A program made the translations under genes and the position numbers. DNA of 63,845 nucleotides from Malacoraja senta (taxonomy: Eukaryota). The notes beneath the pieces are model-generated. The model had not been told where the DNA came from, searched no databases, and worked only from the letters and a program-made list of their open reading frames with translations. Of this stretch, positions 24,380 to 36,751 are shown in pieces; the stretch's first letter is position 1; each line of letters begins with the position of its first letter. The stretch spans positions 868,156-932,000 of the forward strand of contig JAXLNO010004152.1 of the NCBI GenBank assembly GCA_038087875.1. Direction: 5' to 3'.

Positions 24380-25669
24380 TTATTTCTTTCCCCGATGTGT
24401 GGGATTTTGGGGTGCTTGTGGACGGTAGCTGCGCATCTTCGTGGTGGTTCGACTCGGTCCTTGCCCTAAAAAAGACTTCGGTCCGGTTCTTCCCGACCTC
24501 ATTGGTTGCGCAGCCGGTCTTGTACTGGATGCAGGATAAGGCTGGAAACGGCGGAACGACGACGATGACGACGGCTTGTTCACGGGTGGAGCCCGAAGAA
24601 GCCCCACAGCCTTTGACTCCTCATCGAGGTCTTTCACCTGCCTGGACAGGTCATCCCCAAACAGCAAGTTTGGTGGCAGCACATTACTAGATTTGCACAA
24701 CCCCGCAAACTTGGGGTTGAGAACGGGACGAATTGCATTCTTCCGAAAACAATTGATTTCAAAGTGTGCATTGCACAACAATGCCATTGCGTCCCGCTGC
24801 GCATCCGATAATGTGGAGCCGTCCAGCGACCTGGTGAAAGCTGTCAGACCTGACCCCAGCAGATTCAGAATTCTCTGGAGCTTCAGTTCTTGGGTCTTAA
24901 TACCGCTCCCAATGTGGTTCCATATGGAACTATTTACCACCGGTACCTTCAGGGACGCACAGTTGCTGGGTGCGTGATACCGCATGGTTGTCTCCATAAT
25001 GACCTGCTCCTGCAGCTGGTGGGAGACCAGATATTTTACACTTGCCGCCAGCTCTTCTTCCAGCGGCTCTCCAACAAGCGACGGCACCGCAAATTTGGAA
25101 ATAATTCCGGGTACCTCCGCTACCCGCGGGTCCCGCATCGAGCGATCGTCCCCACAGGACTCGTCTCCACTCCCATCTTCGGATGGGGAGACGTCATGCA
25201 GCCCTCCAAGAGGTGCTGCTGCGGGTCCCCGAGCCCCGCTGTGGTACGACTCCCGACCACGGAGCGTATTTTGTTGGAGCATTCTCTCCATGAGCTGCTC
25301 CAATAGGGAAAGGCGTCCAGCCAACCTTCCCACTCTGGGAGGCGAATCCTCCCGGCCAGACTCGTCCGAGTCTACAGGCCTGTTGGACTTGCACTTTGCT
25401 TTCCCCCGCGGGGTATGCAAAATGCTGTCCATGGACACCGAGCCCGAAGTCGCTGGCTGTGCAGCTGGCAGCGACCGCGATGGTGAAACGGACTGCCGAC
25501 CGCTGACCGTACTCCCACGGTCCTCCGAAGCGGTTCTCCCTGCAGTCTTACGAGCCTTCACCCTCGCGTTGTCCATCCTGTCGTTCCTCGTGACGTGGCT
25601 CGTCGTTACTCCACTGGCTGGGCATTTTGACTTCTCAGCAGTAATAGCAAACGAATCATTTACAATCAC
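24380..25669 (-). CDS. DIRS1 ORF1 gag-like protein
   Basis: 429-aa open frame directly upstream of the DIRS RT; RKNAIRPVL..LLFGDDL segment of the kind seen in DIRS ORF1. Confidence 0.75.
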   Translation of the reverse strand: MIVNDSFAITAEKSKCPASGVTTSHVTRNDRMDNARVKARKTAGRTASEDRGSTVSGRQSVSPSRSLPAAQPATSGSVSMDSILHTPRGKAKCKSNRPVDSDESGREDSPPRVGRLAGRLSLLEQLMERMLQQNTLRGRESYHSGARGPAAAPLGGLHDVSPSEDGSGDESCGDDRSMRDPRVAEVPGIISKFAVPSLVGEPLEEELAASVKYLVSHQLQEQVIMETTMRYHAPSNCASLKVPVVNSSIWNHIGSGIKTQELKLQRILNLLGSGLTAFTRSLDGSTLSDAQRDAMALLCNAHFEINCFRKNAIRPVLNPKFAGLCKSSNVLPPNLLFGDDLSRQVKDLDEESKAVGLLRAPPVNKPSSSSSFRRFQPYPASSTRPAAQPMRSGRTGPKSFLGQGPSRTTTKMRSYRPQAPQNPTHRGKK

Positions 25670-25703
25670 GCGTAAGGAATAATTTAGGGAGTGTAAATGA
25701 TTA

Positions 25704-25906
25704 TGTTATGCAGGTCTGGAGTTTAAAGTCATCTTTAACTGTAACACATAGTATAGCGGTACAGTAGGTTGCTAGTTGTTAATTCATCACTACCGCTTCC
25801 AAGACTACTTAATGTAGGAAGTGGGTGTTAATATAAAGCATACAGTAATGTAGGTTTAGTGATGCTACTCTACTATGATTGGTTCACATGCAATAACCAA
25901 TCTACA
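25704..25906 (-). repeat. 3' LTR of the Gypsy element (TGTAGATT...CATAACA)
   Basis: TG...CA ends directly after the PPT; same start as the LTRs at 53098 and 55120. Confidence 0.75.
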
Positions 25907-28493
25907 TCCTTCCCCGTAACGAGCGAATATAGTTAAACACAAGTAAAACTCGCGGTATCTGTCAGCGGTCGACTAATGCGACCCGAATGCGTACGGACCA
26001 AACCCTCTCCCTCCGAACCAGAAGAGTTAGTGGGGGAGGGAGGCAGTGAACCCGGAAAGGAGGAAGCCGCTGGGGACACTTTAGGCGACCGATAGGGTGA
26101 GCATGCGGGAGAGGTAGTGTTGTTGTTAGACAGGGCCGCCGGTCGAGGCGGAGAACGGGACATGCTGGGACTAGTGATAGCAGCAGCAGCAGACGGGTTG
26201 AACATCAGATGTGGACCAAAGGGATCGGCTGGTGGCGGACGAGATTCTTTTTCAAGCAGCAAGTGTTGGCGGCTCCGTCTGTACAGGGCACCATCGACGT
26301 CGACAAGGTAGGAACGGGGTTCCTTAGACGGGCCGACAACGAAACGTATACGGAAATGTCCCACAGCAGTCTGCAAACGGACGACGTGGCCCTGCAGTAT
26401 CGGTTTCAGCGGTTTGCTGGACTTGTCATAGGATCGTTTCTGGATGTTGTGTTTCTCCTGGATGCGCTTCTGGACCGCGGCTGGCTTAAACACCTGTGGC
26501 ACCAGCGTCCCGCTGGGCAATTGGTATCGGAGGTCGTGTCGTCCAAGACATCCGGCGTTGGGCTGGTGAGCCTAGGACCCCGTCTCTAGAGATGCTTCTG
26601 AGGTTTAAAAGGTCTAGATACATATCTGACGGCCAGGTGGGAGCGTTCCATTAGTTGTTCTGCGGCGAGCCCGTTACTTTGAGAGTATTCAGGGCTGCTT
26701 GTGACATGGTGGAAGTTCCATCGGTTGGCAAAGTGTTTGAATGCGTGACTGGTAAATTGTCTTCCGTTGTCAGTTTGCGGGGTGACTGGAGCGCCGAATA
26801 CGGAAAAGCGTCTCTGTAGCTTTTGAATGACCATTTCGGATGTGATGGTGGTCAATAAATCAAGTTCGAACCAGTTGGAGTAGGAGTCAACTCGGATTAG
26901 GTAGAGTTTAACGTGCCATTCGAAAATGTCTGCTGCCAGCGACGTCCAAGGCAGTACTGGTGGGGGTTGTTGCAGCATAGGCTGTTTCTGTTGGTGTGGT
27001 GCCAAACTGTTGCAGATGGAACAGGAGGCTGTCCTGTCCCGTACGTATTTGGCCATACCGGGCCAGTAGAACATGCTCTGTGCGTGGGCCAACGTGGCAT
27101 TGGTACCTGGGTGACCGCTTTGTGCCTCTTTGTAATATTCGTCTTGTCGGGATGAAGGGATCACGACTTTGTGACCTTTAACTATGACACCATCCAGTAT
27201 TACCAGCTCATCGCGGACTAGGAAGAACGGCTGGACCTCCAGTAGTGTGCTGGATTGTCTCTGGCCAGCCTCATTTGATTATGGATGAGAGTAGCTGAAG
27301 AGTGCCATCAGCAGCTGTGTGTTCAGCCAGACGGCGCAGACGGCCCAGACGGCGCAGACGTTAGACGTTCCGTGGGAACGAAGTCGATCTTGAGAACCGT
27401 AAGCTCATCCCGTTCATAGCGATGTCGTTCACTGGATGCACGTGGTACACGAGAGAGAGTGTCGGCAACGAGCGTGTCCTTTCCTTTTTTGTAAACGATT
27501 CTGAAGTCGAACCGCTGGAACTGCATCATCATGCGCTGAATTCGTGCAGTCGCTGCGTGTATAGCTTTGTCAGGATGGCTACAAGTGGTTGGTGGTCTGT
27601 TTTGACTGTGAAAGTGTTCCCAAAGATGAAGTCCTTGAATTTTGAACAAGCGAAGAGCACGGCTAGCAGCTCTTTCTCGATCTGTGCATAGCGCTGTTCG
27701 GTGTCCGTCATGGTGCGGGAGGGCATAAGATACAGATAGTACAGTCCCATCGGCAGATGTTTGAAGGCAGGCTGCGCCCAGCCCGTATTGTGAGGCATCG
27801 CAGGTTATCGTGACAGGACGCTTCAGGTCGAAGGATGTCAGGGTGGGAGCGCTGGCCAGCTTCGTTTAAAACAATCGAATATTTGTTGATGCTGCTGGTA
27901 CCACGTCCACTCAGTGTCCTTTCGGGTGAGTTGTCTCAGTGGTGAACTTAGTTCGCTGAGATTCGGTATGAACTTTCCCAGATAGTTCACCATAACCAGA
28001 AATCGTTGTAGGCTTAGTACGTCGGTGGGGGCTGGCGTTTCTCTGATGGCAGCAGTTTTCTTCGGGTCAGGCTTAAGACCATCAGAAGTGAACACGTGGC
28101 CGACATAGGTGACCGCTGGAACCCAGAACTTGCATTTCTTAGGGTTGAATTTCAGGTTGATCTCACGTGCCCTGTCGATTATACGCTTTAGGTTGTTGTC
28201 ATGCTCCGCTATATCCTTGCCATAAACCAGGATGTCATCTACGATGATGGCACATGGGAGTCCTTCGAACAACTATTCCATGGTTCTTTGAAAAACCTCG
28301 CTGGCCGAGTTGATGCCGAATGGCATTCTAAGAAATTTAAATCTGCCAAATGGTGTGCCAAACGTGGTGAGATTTGATCACTCGTCATCCAGTGGTATCT
28401 GCCAGAACGAGCTTTTTGCGTCGTACAGAAAAAACTGTTGCGCGCCAGATTTGCGCAGTTCTCATCGGATAGTACGGGCGCTTGATGGCAGTG
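25704..28493 (-). mobile_element. Gypsy (Mag-like) LTR retrotransposon 3' half: RT, RNase H, integrase, PPT, 3' LTR
   Basis: IVDDILVYG (RT), RYAQIEKELLA (RNase H), HPG..YWPGM..CSIC and TDNGRQF (integrase); PPT GGGGAAGGA at 25907-25915. Confidence 0.92.
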
Positions 28494-31400
28494 TTCGAGC
28501 CTGCACCGCCACTCAGTATCCCGTACCTGCCTTCTCTCCATACCCCCTGATCCCCTTAGCCACAAGGGCCACATCTAACTCCCTCTTAAATATAGCCAAT
28601 GAACTGGCCTCAACTACCCTCTGTGGCAGAGAGATCCAGAGATTCACCACTCTCTGTGTGAAAAAGTTTTTCCTCATCTCGGTCTTAAAGGATTTCCCCC
28701 TTATCCTTAAGCTGTGACCCCTTGTCCTGGACTTCCCCAACATCGGGAACAATCTTCCTGCATCTAGCCTGTCCAACCCCATAAGAATTTTGTACGTTTC
28801 TATAAGATCCCCTCTCAATCTCCTAAATTCTAGCGCGTATAAGCCACGTCTATCCAGTCTTTCTTCATATGAAAGTCCTGACATCACAGGAATCAGTCTG
28901 ATGAACCTTCTCTGCACTCCCTCTATGGCTATAATGTCCTTCCTCAGATTTGGAGACAAAACTGTACGCAATACTCCAGGTGTGGTCTCACCAAGACCCT
29001 GTACAACTGCAGTAGAACCTCCCTGCTCCTATACTCAAATCCTCTTGCTAAGAAAGCCAACATTCCATTCGCTTTCTTCACTGCCTGCTGCACCTGCATG
29101 CCTACTTTCAATGACTGGTGTACCATGACACCCAGGTCTCGCTGCATCTCCCCATTTCCTAATCGGCCACCATTTAGATAATAGTCTGCCTTCCCGTTTT
29201 TGCCACCAAAGTGGATAACCTCACATTTATCCATATTATACTGCATATGCCAAACATTTGCCCACTCACCCAGCCTATGCAGTCACCTTGCAGTCTCCTA
29301 GCATCCTCCTCACAGCTAACACTGCCCCCCATCCGCAAACTTGGAGATGTTGCTTTCAATTCCCTCATCCAGTTCATTAATATAAATTGTAAATAGCTGG
29401 GGTCCCAGCACTGAGCCTTGCGGTACCCCACTAGTCACTGCCTGCCATTGAGAAAAGGACCCGTTTACTCCTACTCTTTGCTTCCTGTTTGCCAGCCAGT
29501 TCTCTATACACATCAATACTGAACCCCCAATACCGTGTGATTTAAGTTTGTATCCTAATCTCTTATGTGGTACCTTGTCGAAAGCCTTCTGAAAGTCCAG
29601 ATACAACACATCCACTGGTTCTCCCCTATCCACTCTACTAGTTACATCCTCGAAAAATTCTATAAGATTCGTCAGACACGATTTACCTTTCGTAAATCCA
29701 TGCTGACTTTGTCCAATGATTTCACCACTTTCCAAATGTGCTGCTACCCCATCTTTAATAACTGACTCTAGCAGTTTCCCCACTACCGATGTTAGACTAA
29801 CTGGTCTGTAATTCCCCGTTTTCTCTCTCCCTCCCTTCTTAAAAAGTGGGTTACGTTTGCTACCCTCCAATCCTCAGGAACTACTCCAGAATCTAAAGAG
29901 TTTTGAAAAATTATCACTAATGCATCCACTATTTCTGGAGCTACTTCCTCAAGTACTCCGGGATGCAGCCTATCTGGCCCTGGTGATTTATTTACCCAAC
30001 ACCACTTCCCGACTAACCTGGATTTCACTCAGTTCCTCCATCTCCTTTGACCCGCGCCCCCCTGCTATTTCCGGCAGATTATTTATGTCTTGCTTAGTGA
30101 AGACGGAACCAAAGTAGTTATTCAATTGATCCGCCATATCCTTGTTCCCCATGATCAATTCACCTGTTTCTGACTGCAAGGGACCTACATTTGTTTTAAC
30201 TAATCTCTTTCTCTTCACATACCAATAAAAACGTTTGCAGTCAGTTTTTATGTTCCCTGCCAGTTTTCTGTCATAATCTATTTTCCATTTCCTAATTAAG
30301 CCCTTTGTCCTCCTCTGCTGGTCTCTGAATTTCTCCCAGTCCTCTGGTATGCTGCTTTTTCTGGTTAATGTATACGCATCATCTTTTGCTTTGATATTAT
30401 CCCTGATTTCCCTTGTTATCCACGGATGCACTACCTTTCCTGATTTATTCTTTTGCCAAACTGGGATGAACAATTTTTGTAGTTCATCCATGCAGTCTTT
30501 AAATGCCTTCCAGTGCATATCCACCGTCAACCATTTTAGAACTAATTGCCAGTCAATCTTGGCCAATTCACGTCTCATACCCTCAAAGTTACCTTTCTTT
30601 AAGTTCAGAACCGATGTTTCTGAATTAACAATGTCACTCTCCATCCTAATGAAGAACTCAACCATATTATGGTCACTCTTGCCCAAGGGGGCACGCACAA
30701 CAAGACTGCTAACTAACCCTTCCTCGTTACTCAATACCCAGTCTAGAATAGCCTGCTCTCTCGTTGGTTCCTCTATATGTTGGTTTAGATAACTATCCCG
30801 CATACATTCCAAGAAATCCTCTTCCTCAGCACCACTGCCAATTTGATTCACCCAATCTATATGTAGATTGAAGTCACCCATTATAACTGTTTTGCCTTTG
30901 TTGCACGCATTTCTAATTTCCTGTTTGATGCCATCCCCAACTTCACTACTACTGCTAGGTGGCCTGTACACAACACTCACCAGCGTTTTCTGCCCCTTAG
31001 TGTTTCGCAGCTCTACCCATACCGATTCCGCATCCTCCAAGCTAATGTCCTTCCTTTCCACTGCCTTAATCTCCTCTCTAACCAGCAATGCTACCCCACC
31101 TCCTTTTCCTTTCTCTCTATCCTTCCTGAATATTGAATATCCCTGGATGTTCAGCTCCCAGCCTTGGTCACCCTGGAGCCATGTTTCCGTGATCCCAACT
31201 ATATCATAATCATTAATAGCTATCTGCACGTTCAACTCATCCACCTTATTGCGAATGCTCCTTGCATTGAGACACAAAGCCTTCAGGCTTGTTTTTACAA
31301 CGCTCTTACCCCTTATACAATTATGTTGAAAAGTGGCCCTTTTTGATTTTTGCCCTGGATTTGTCTGCCTGCCACTTTTACTTTTCACCTTGCTACCGAT

Positions 31401-32785
31401 TGTTTCCGCCCGCATTTTACACCCCTCTGTTTCTCTGATCACCCATTTAAGAACCCCACCACCTCTTATTCTCTGTTTATTATTGTTTTCTTCTTCCCCC
31501 CCTACATGTTGGGTCTGCATGCTTTCCTTCTCTGCCTCCTGCCTCACACACTGTCTAATAGCTTTCTCTATTTGAGTCCCTCCCCCCAACCATTCTAGTT
31601 GAAAGTCTCCCCAGTAGCCTTTGCAGATCTCCCCGCCAGGATATCGGTCCCCCTCAGGTTCAAGTGCAACCCATCCTTTTTGTACAGGTCGCACCTTCCA
31701 CAAAAGAGGTCCCAATGATCCAGAAATTTGAATCCCTGCCTTCTGCACCAGTCCTTCAGCCTCGCATTTATCCTCCACCTCGCTCCATACCTACTCTCAC
31801 TGTCGCGTGGCACAGGCAGTAATCCCGAGATTGTTACCTTTGCTGTCATTCTCTTTAACTCCCCTCCTAACTCCCTAAATTCTCCTTTCATGACCTCTTC
31901 TCTTTTTTTACCTATGTCATTGGTACCTATATGTACCACGACCTCGGGCTCCTCTCCCTGCCCTTTCGTGATATCTTGGATACGTTGAGACACATCACAG
32001 ACCCTGGCACCAGGGAGGCAAACTACCATCCGGGTCTCCCGACTGCGTCCACAGAATCGCCTGTCTGACCCCCTAACTATAGAGTCCCCTATTAGTATTG
32101 CCCTCCTATTCTTTTCCTTACCCTTCTGAGCAACAGGGCTGGTCTCTATACCGGAGGCCCGGCCGCTGTCGCTACCCCCAGGTAGGCTGTCCCCCCCAAC
32201 AGTGCTCAAACAGGAGTACTTATTGTCAAGGTGTACAGCCACCGGGGTACTCTCTAGTCCCTGCCTGCGCCCTTGCCTCTCCCAACCGTGATCCACTTGA
32301 CTGCCCCCTGTGGTCTTGGAGTGACCACCTCCCTGTAACTCCTCTCAATGACTTCCTCGCTCTCCCTGACCAGACGGAGGTCATCGAGCTGCTGCTCCAG
32401 GTTCCTAATACGGTCCATTAGGAGCCCCATCTCGATACACCTAGCGCAGATGTGGACGCCTGGAGGGCTATCAGACTCCATGACTTCCCACATCTGACAT
32501 CCAGAACAGTAAACTGCCCTGGCCCTCATACTCCCCTTACCCTGGATACAATACAAAACAAACTGCTACAATACAAAACAAACTGCTACAATACAGTACA
32601 ATCAGCAGGGATCTGACTCCCAATCAGCTGCTCCCTCTTGTCTGCTTCCACCAATCAGCGGCTTCCTTAAGCCCACTTGTTTTTGAAGTGCGAGTGGAAC
32701 TTGGAACGTTACAGATTTGGGCCTCTGTAACCACGATCCACTTTAACTCCTACCGCTCGGGTGTAGCTCCTCCCTCTGCGACCGC
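28494..32785 (-). mobile_element. Near full-length CR1 LINE (ORF1 with Cys motif and SGNH esterase; ORF2 APE-RT), degraded
   Basis: ORFs 32254-32556 and 31595-32296 (GDS, GTND, DGLH) plus 29988-31778, 29316-29870 and 28513-28971 with endonuclease and RT motifs. Confidence 0.93.
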
Positions 32786-32789
32786 TTCA

Positions 32790-33568
32790 ACGGCTCTCAA
32801 CATCAGGAAGACCAAGGAACTGATTGTGTACTTTGGTAGGGGAAGGATGAGGACCCACATTCCTGTTCACACCAATGGGACGATAGTAGAGAGGGTCAAA
32901 AACTTCAAATACCTGGGTGTGCATATTTCCGAAGATCTTTCCTGGATCCAGCACACCGATCCAATTATAAATAAGGCACATAAGCGACTCTACTTCCTGA
33001 GAAGATTACGGAGATTCGGCATGTCGAAGAGGATTCTCCTAAACTTCTACAGGTGCACAGTAGGGAGCATTCTGACTGGTTGTATCGTGGCCTGGTTCGG
33101 CAACTTGAAAGTCTAGTAGCGGAAAAGACTACAAAATGTTGTGACCCCTGCCCAGTCCATCACCACATTTGTTCTCCCCACCGTCGAAGGGATCTTTCAT
33201 AGTCGCTGCCTCAAAAAGGCAGCCAAAACCATGAAATACCCACACCATCCTGGCCCCATACTCATTTCAACATTGCCATCAAGAAGAAAATACAGGAGCC
33301 TGAAACTGTAACGTCCTGATTCAGGAACAGCTTCATCCCTGCAGCCATCAGGCTATTAAACACAACAACGAATAAGCTCTGAGATCTGTTCTGCAAAATA
33401 ATATATTATTACATTACATTTTTTATTAATTGAACTTTTTTTTTCTTCTTCCCCCGTTATGTACTATGTTTACATATTCACATATTCTATTGTGCTGCAG
33501 TAAGGATTTCATTGTCCCATCCGGGACATATGACAATACAACACTCTTGACTCTTGACTCTCTTGACT
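32790..33568 (+). mobile_element. Rex1/Babar- or L2-type LINE 3' fragment
   Basis: LNIRKTKELI..FKYLGVHISEDLSW..RLYFLRRLR; (ACTCTTG)n tail. Confidence 0.85.
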
Positions 33569-33757
33569 AAAACACAATGCAATATCAGCCATTGATTCAA
33601 TTGTCATTGGAACGTTTTATAGCATCGTCTGCCGTTGAATCTGTGTACAGACACCAAAGGAAACAACATTTCAAACCCAGACCAGCATTTACACCGATCA
33701 CGATTTCTCACAGAGCTATTTTTTTTAAATCGTGGTGCAGCAAATGTAATCAGGAGA

Positions 33758-33840
33758 GCTGCGATGGCCGAGTGGTTAAGGCGTTGGACTCGAAATCCAA
33801 TGGGGATTCCCCCACGCAGGTTCGAACCCTGCTCGCAGCG
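33758..33840 (+). tRNA. tRNA-Ser(CGA), apparently intact
   Basis: Perfect acceptor stem GCTGCGA/TCGCAGC, A box TGGCCGAGTGG, anticodon loop CT-CGA-AA, long variable arm, B box GGTTCGAACCC, downstream TTTT. Confidence 0.95.
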
Positions 33841-34254
33841 TCATTTTCATCCGCCTGGAGCTGAACGGCCGACTACTTCTCACAGTTTTAATTCACTGTC
33901 GGGACTCATAGAGCCTTACCCATTCCTCTCCAGATTCATCGGGTCACCCTGTTAGGTTTTGATGATCGGTAAACTGTGCTGTCGGATATATGTGGCGAAG
34001 TTTCCCTTCGAGAGCGGAATGAGGCTCGACAATCCTCGTGTGGGAACGGACATTTGGTCATTGGGTTGGTGTCCGTCATCTTATTTAAAAATCGATGACT
34101 CGTTAAGAAGGAAAGAAAAGTAAAACACTATATCAGCCGCCGCATCTTGTGGACAAAGGTTAGCGGGCAGATTCATCTTGCACCCGTCACGAAACAGTTT
34201 TTAGCCCTGGCCGTCTGCAGTTCCGACTGACCCTTAACCCCCCCTCCCCCGATA

Positions 34255-35150
34255 TCCCGAAGCTCCGCTCTTGCTCCCTCCATTCGCAACAAGGACAGAG
34301 TCCCCCTTGACCTCACCTTCCACTCCATCAGCCGTCGCATGCAGGAATAATCCCCTAAACCTTTCCTCACCTCCAATAGGATCCCGCTACTGGCCACATC
34401 TTCCCTTCTACACCCCTTTATGCTTTCTGCAGAGACCGTTCCCACCGCAATTCCCGGTCCACCCAACCCCACCCCCCCCCCAGGAACTTTCCGCTGCAAC
34501 TGCAGTAGATGCAAGACCTGTCCCTTTACTTCATCATCGACTCAAGCCAATGACCCCGGCAGTATTTTCAGGTGAGGCAGAGGTTCACTTGCACTTCCTC
34601 CAATCTCATCTACTGTATCCGCTGTTCCAGTTTTCAACTTCTGTACATCGGCGAAACCAAGCGCAGTCTCGGCGATCGTTTCGCTGAACACCACTTCTCA
34701 GTCCGCATTAACCAACCTGGTCTCCCTGTTGCTCAGCACTTTAACTCCCCCTCCCATTCCGAATCTGACCTTTCTGTCCCGGGCCTATTCCATTGTCAGA
34801 GTGAGGCTAGTGCAAATCGGAGGGACAGCACATCATGTTTCGCTTGGGTAGCTTCCAATCCAGCGGTAGGAACATTGACTTCCCTAACTTCAAATAGCCC
34901 TTGCTCTCCTTCTCTCTCCATCCCCTCGCCTTCCTAGTTCTCCCACCAGTCTTACTGACGGACTACACTCTATCTCCGTCCAGCCCACTCCCCTAACATC
35001 AGTATGATGAAGGGTCTCGACCCGTAACGTCACCGATTCCATCTCTCCAGAGATGCTGCCTGTCGCGTTGTTACTCCAGCATTTTGTGGCTGCGTTCGAT
35101 TTAAACAAACCCGCAGTTCTATCCTACACATTCCTATCAAAAGGCATTAC
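34255..35150 (+). mobile_element. Penelope-like element 3' fragment (GIY-YIG endonuclease and pLTR with decayed hammerhead)
   Basis: FTCTSSNLIYCIRCS..LYIGETKRSLGDRFAEH; ATGATGA-A-GGGTCTCGACCC-GTAACGTC at ~35004-35031. Confidence 0.88.
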
Positions 35151-35661
35151 CATGATCTTAAGTAAAACACAGATAATTTGCACAAAATCAACTTTTCTAT
35201 AAAATTGCGGAAATTTGAACACCATCCAGGACAAAGCTGCTCACTTGATTCGCATCCAATCAAGCTCACAAAATAGTCACCGCCCACCATTGGCATGAGG
35301 TGCTGCAGTGTGTATCAGTGTGTATTGACTATTATAAACATGGCAGTTCCAGTGACCACCACCACTAACAGCTTCAAGGACAGTAGGTGTCCGAGGCATC
35401 GCGGTCAGCTCCTGCGCCCACGCCGCATACCGCCGTGACACGGAGAAATTCAGCAGGCCGTGCAGCATATGCGAAGGGAATGAATTGCCTCAGTTGCGGA
35501 TCAATACTATAGAAGGGAAGAAGTTCAGGAAAAAGAGACAAGACTCGCAAGGGGAACCCCATGATGTCGTTAAAGAAAACGACATCATGGGGTGAAACAC
35601 AAGGGAAGATGCAAAGTTCACTACAGAACAACAAAACGCACTCGTTTACTTGACACCCACT

Positions 35662-35733
35662 AGCAGAGTGGCGCAGCGGGAGCGTGCTGGACCCATAACT
35701 CAGAGGTCGATAGATCGAAACTATCCTCTGCTA
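35662..35733 (+). tRNA. tRNA-iMet(CAT) variant, probably impaired
   Basis: AGCAGAG...CTCTGCTA with A1:U72 and ATCGAAA T-loop; anticodon stem has G30:T40 and A31:C39. Confidence 0.9.
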
Positions 35734-36660
35734 TTTAACTCGGTTTTTATTTTGCATTCTGCATTTCCCAAAGGAATCCACATTTATTTCAGATCCACAA
35801 ATAAAACCGATAATGAAACGATGATAAACCAATGACTGCGTATATAACAATGGGGATATTTCCGAAAATTAGTTGGAATGAATGGGTCTCGGAGTTCAAA
35901 GGGGAGGGTGCAGGGGATGCACCAAAATGTTGCCCGAGGTGGCGCTGATCGGTCAAGAGGCGCGACTGGAAATACTGGGTTTATTGTCCTGGAGGCGGAG
36001 TCTCTAAGAGACCTGATTGGGGATGACCTACGAATGAGAGGCTGCGGGAGGACATTCCATTCCAAAGCCGCGTCCACGGAAGTTGAAATCTGGATACGAC
36101 CTCGTATGTGGGTGGTGGGGATTCTCACAGTGTTTATGGATCTCTTGCCCTTGAATCACCAAGCATTGAAGAAATAGTCGGTATTGTTAAACAAGTTCAG
36201 TATGGATGGATAGTTGATGGTCGGTATGGATATTTGGGGCCAAAAGGCCTGTTTCACGCTGTATGACTCTATGTTACATCTTTCAGTACAGACGTCTTTG
36301 TCGGAATGAAGGGAGGTTGTGGAGAGAGATTCCACGGGCGAAATATATAAAGAGATCCGGCGGTGAGGAGATTAACGGGACTCGGTGTGAATCAATCACC
36401 TGTCGTATTGGGATGTGTCCTAGTTTGATCTGGGAATCTGCAATAGAATGAGAACAGGAATCTACGTTGATCCGTTCATGGATTTACCAAATGGCGTTGG
36501 AATCCCATTCAAAGGGAGTCAAAGATCTGAGTGGATTTAAGAAGTAGTACGTGAATTTGCTGTAATAGTCCACACGATCCCCGGAGTTCTGCACTGATCG
36601 TGTTCTGTTCGAAGTTGATTTCTATCAGTTCCAATGTTAGAGAAGTAAAATTGCTGAAAT

Positions 36661-36732
36661 TACGATGGCCGGGAATCGACCCTGGGCCAATGGCTTGGAA
36701 GGCAGCTATGCTTACCACTATACCACCATCGC
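36661..36732 (-). tRNA. tRNA-Gly(TCC), likely pseudogene
   Basis: GCGATGGTGGTATAGTGGTAAGCATAGCTGCCTTCCAAGCCATTGGCCCAGGGTCGATTCCCGGCCATCGTA; anticodon-stem mismatches and T54>G. Confidence 0.88.
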
Positions 36733-36751
36733 TATATGTTGCCGCAGGATA

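Larger units (their letters stand above)
20960..25703 (-). mobile_element. DIRS1-type tyrosine-recombinase retrotransposon (5' end lost or interrupted)
   Basis: Gene order gag-like, RT, RNase H, methyltransferase-like, tyrosine recombinase; 78-bp inverted repeat at the 3' end. Confidence 0.93.

Noticed and set aside
24046-25682. Long plus-strand ORFs over the DIRS element
   Set aside because: Antisense shadows of the GC-rich minus-strand ORF1 and RT.
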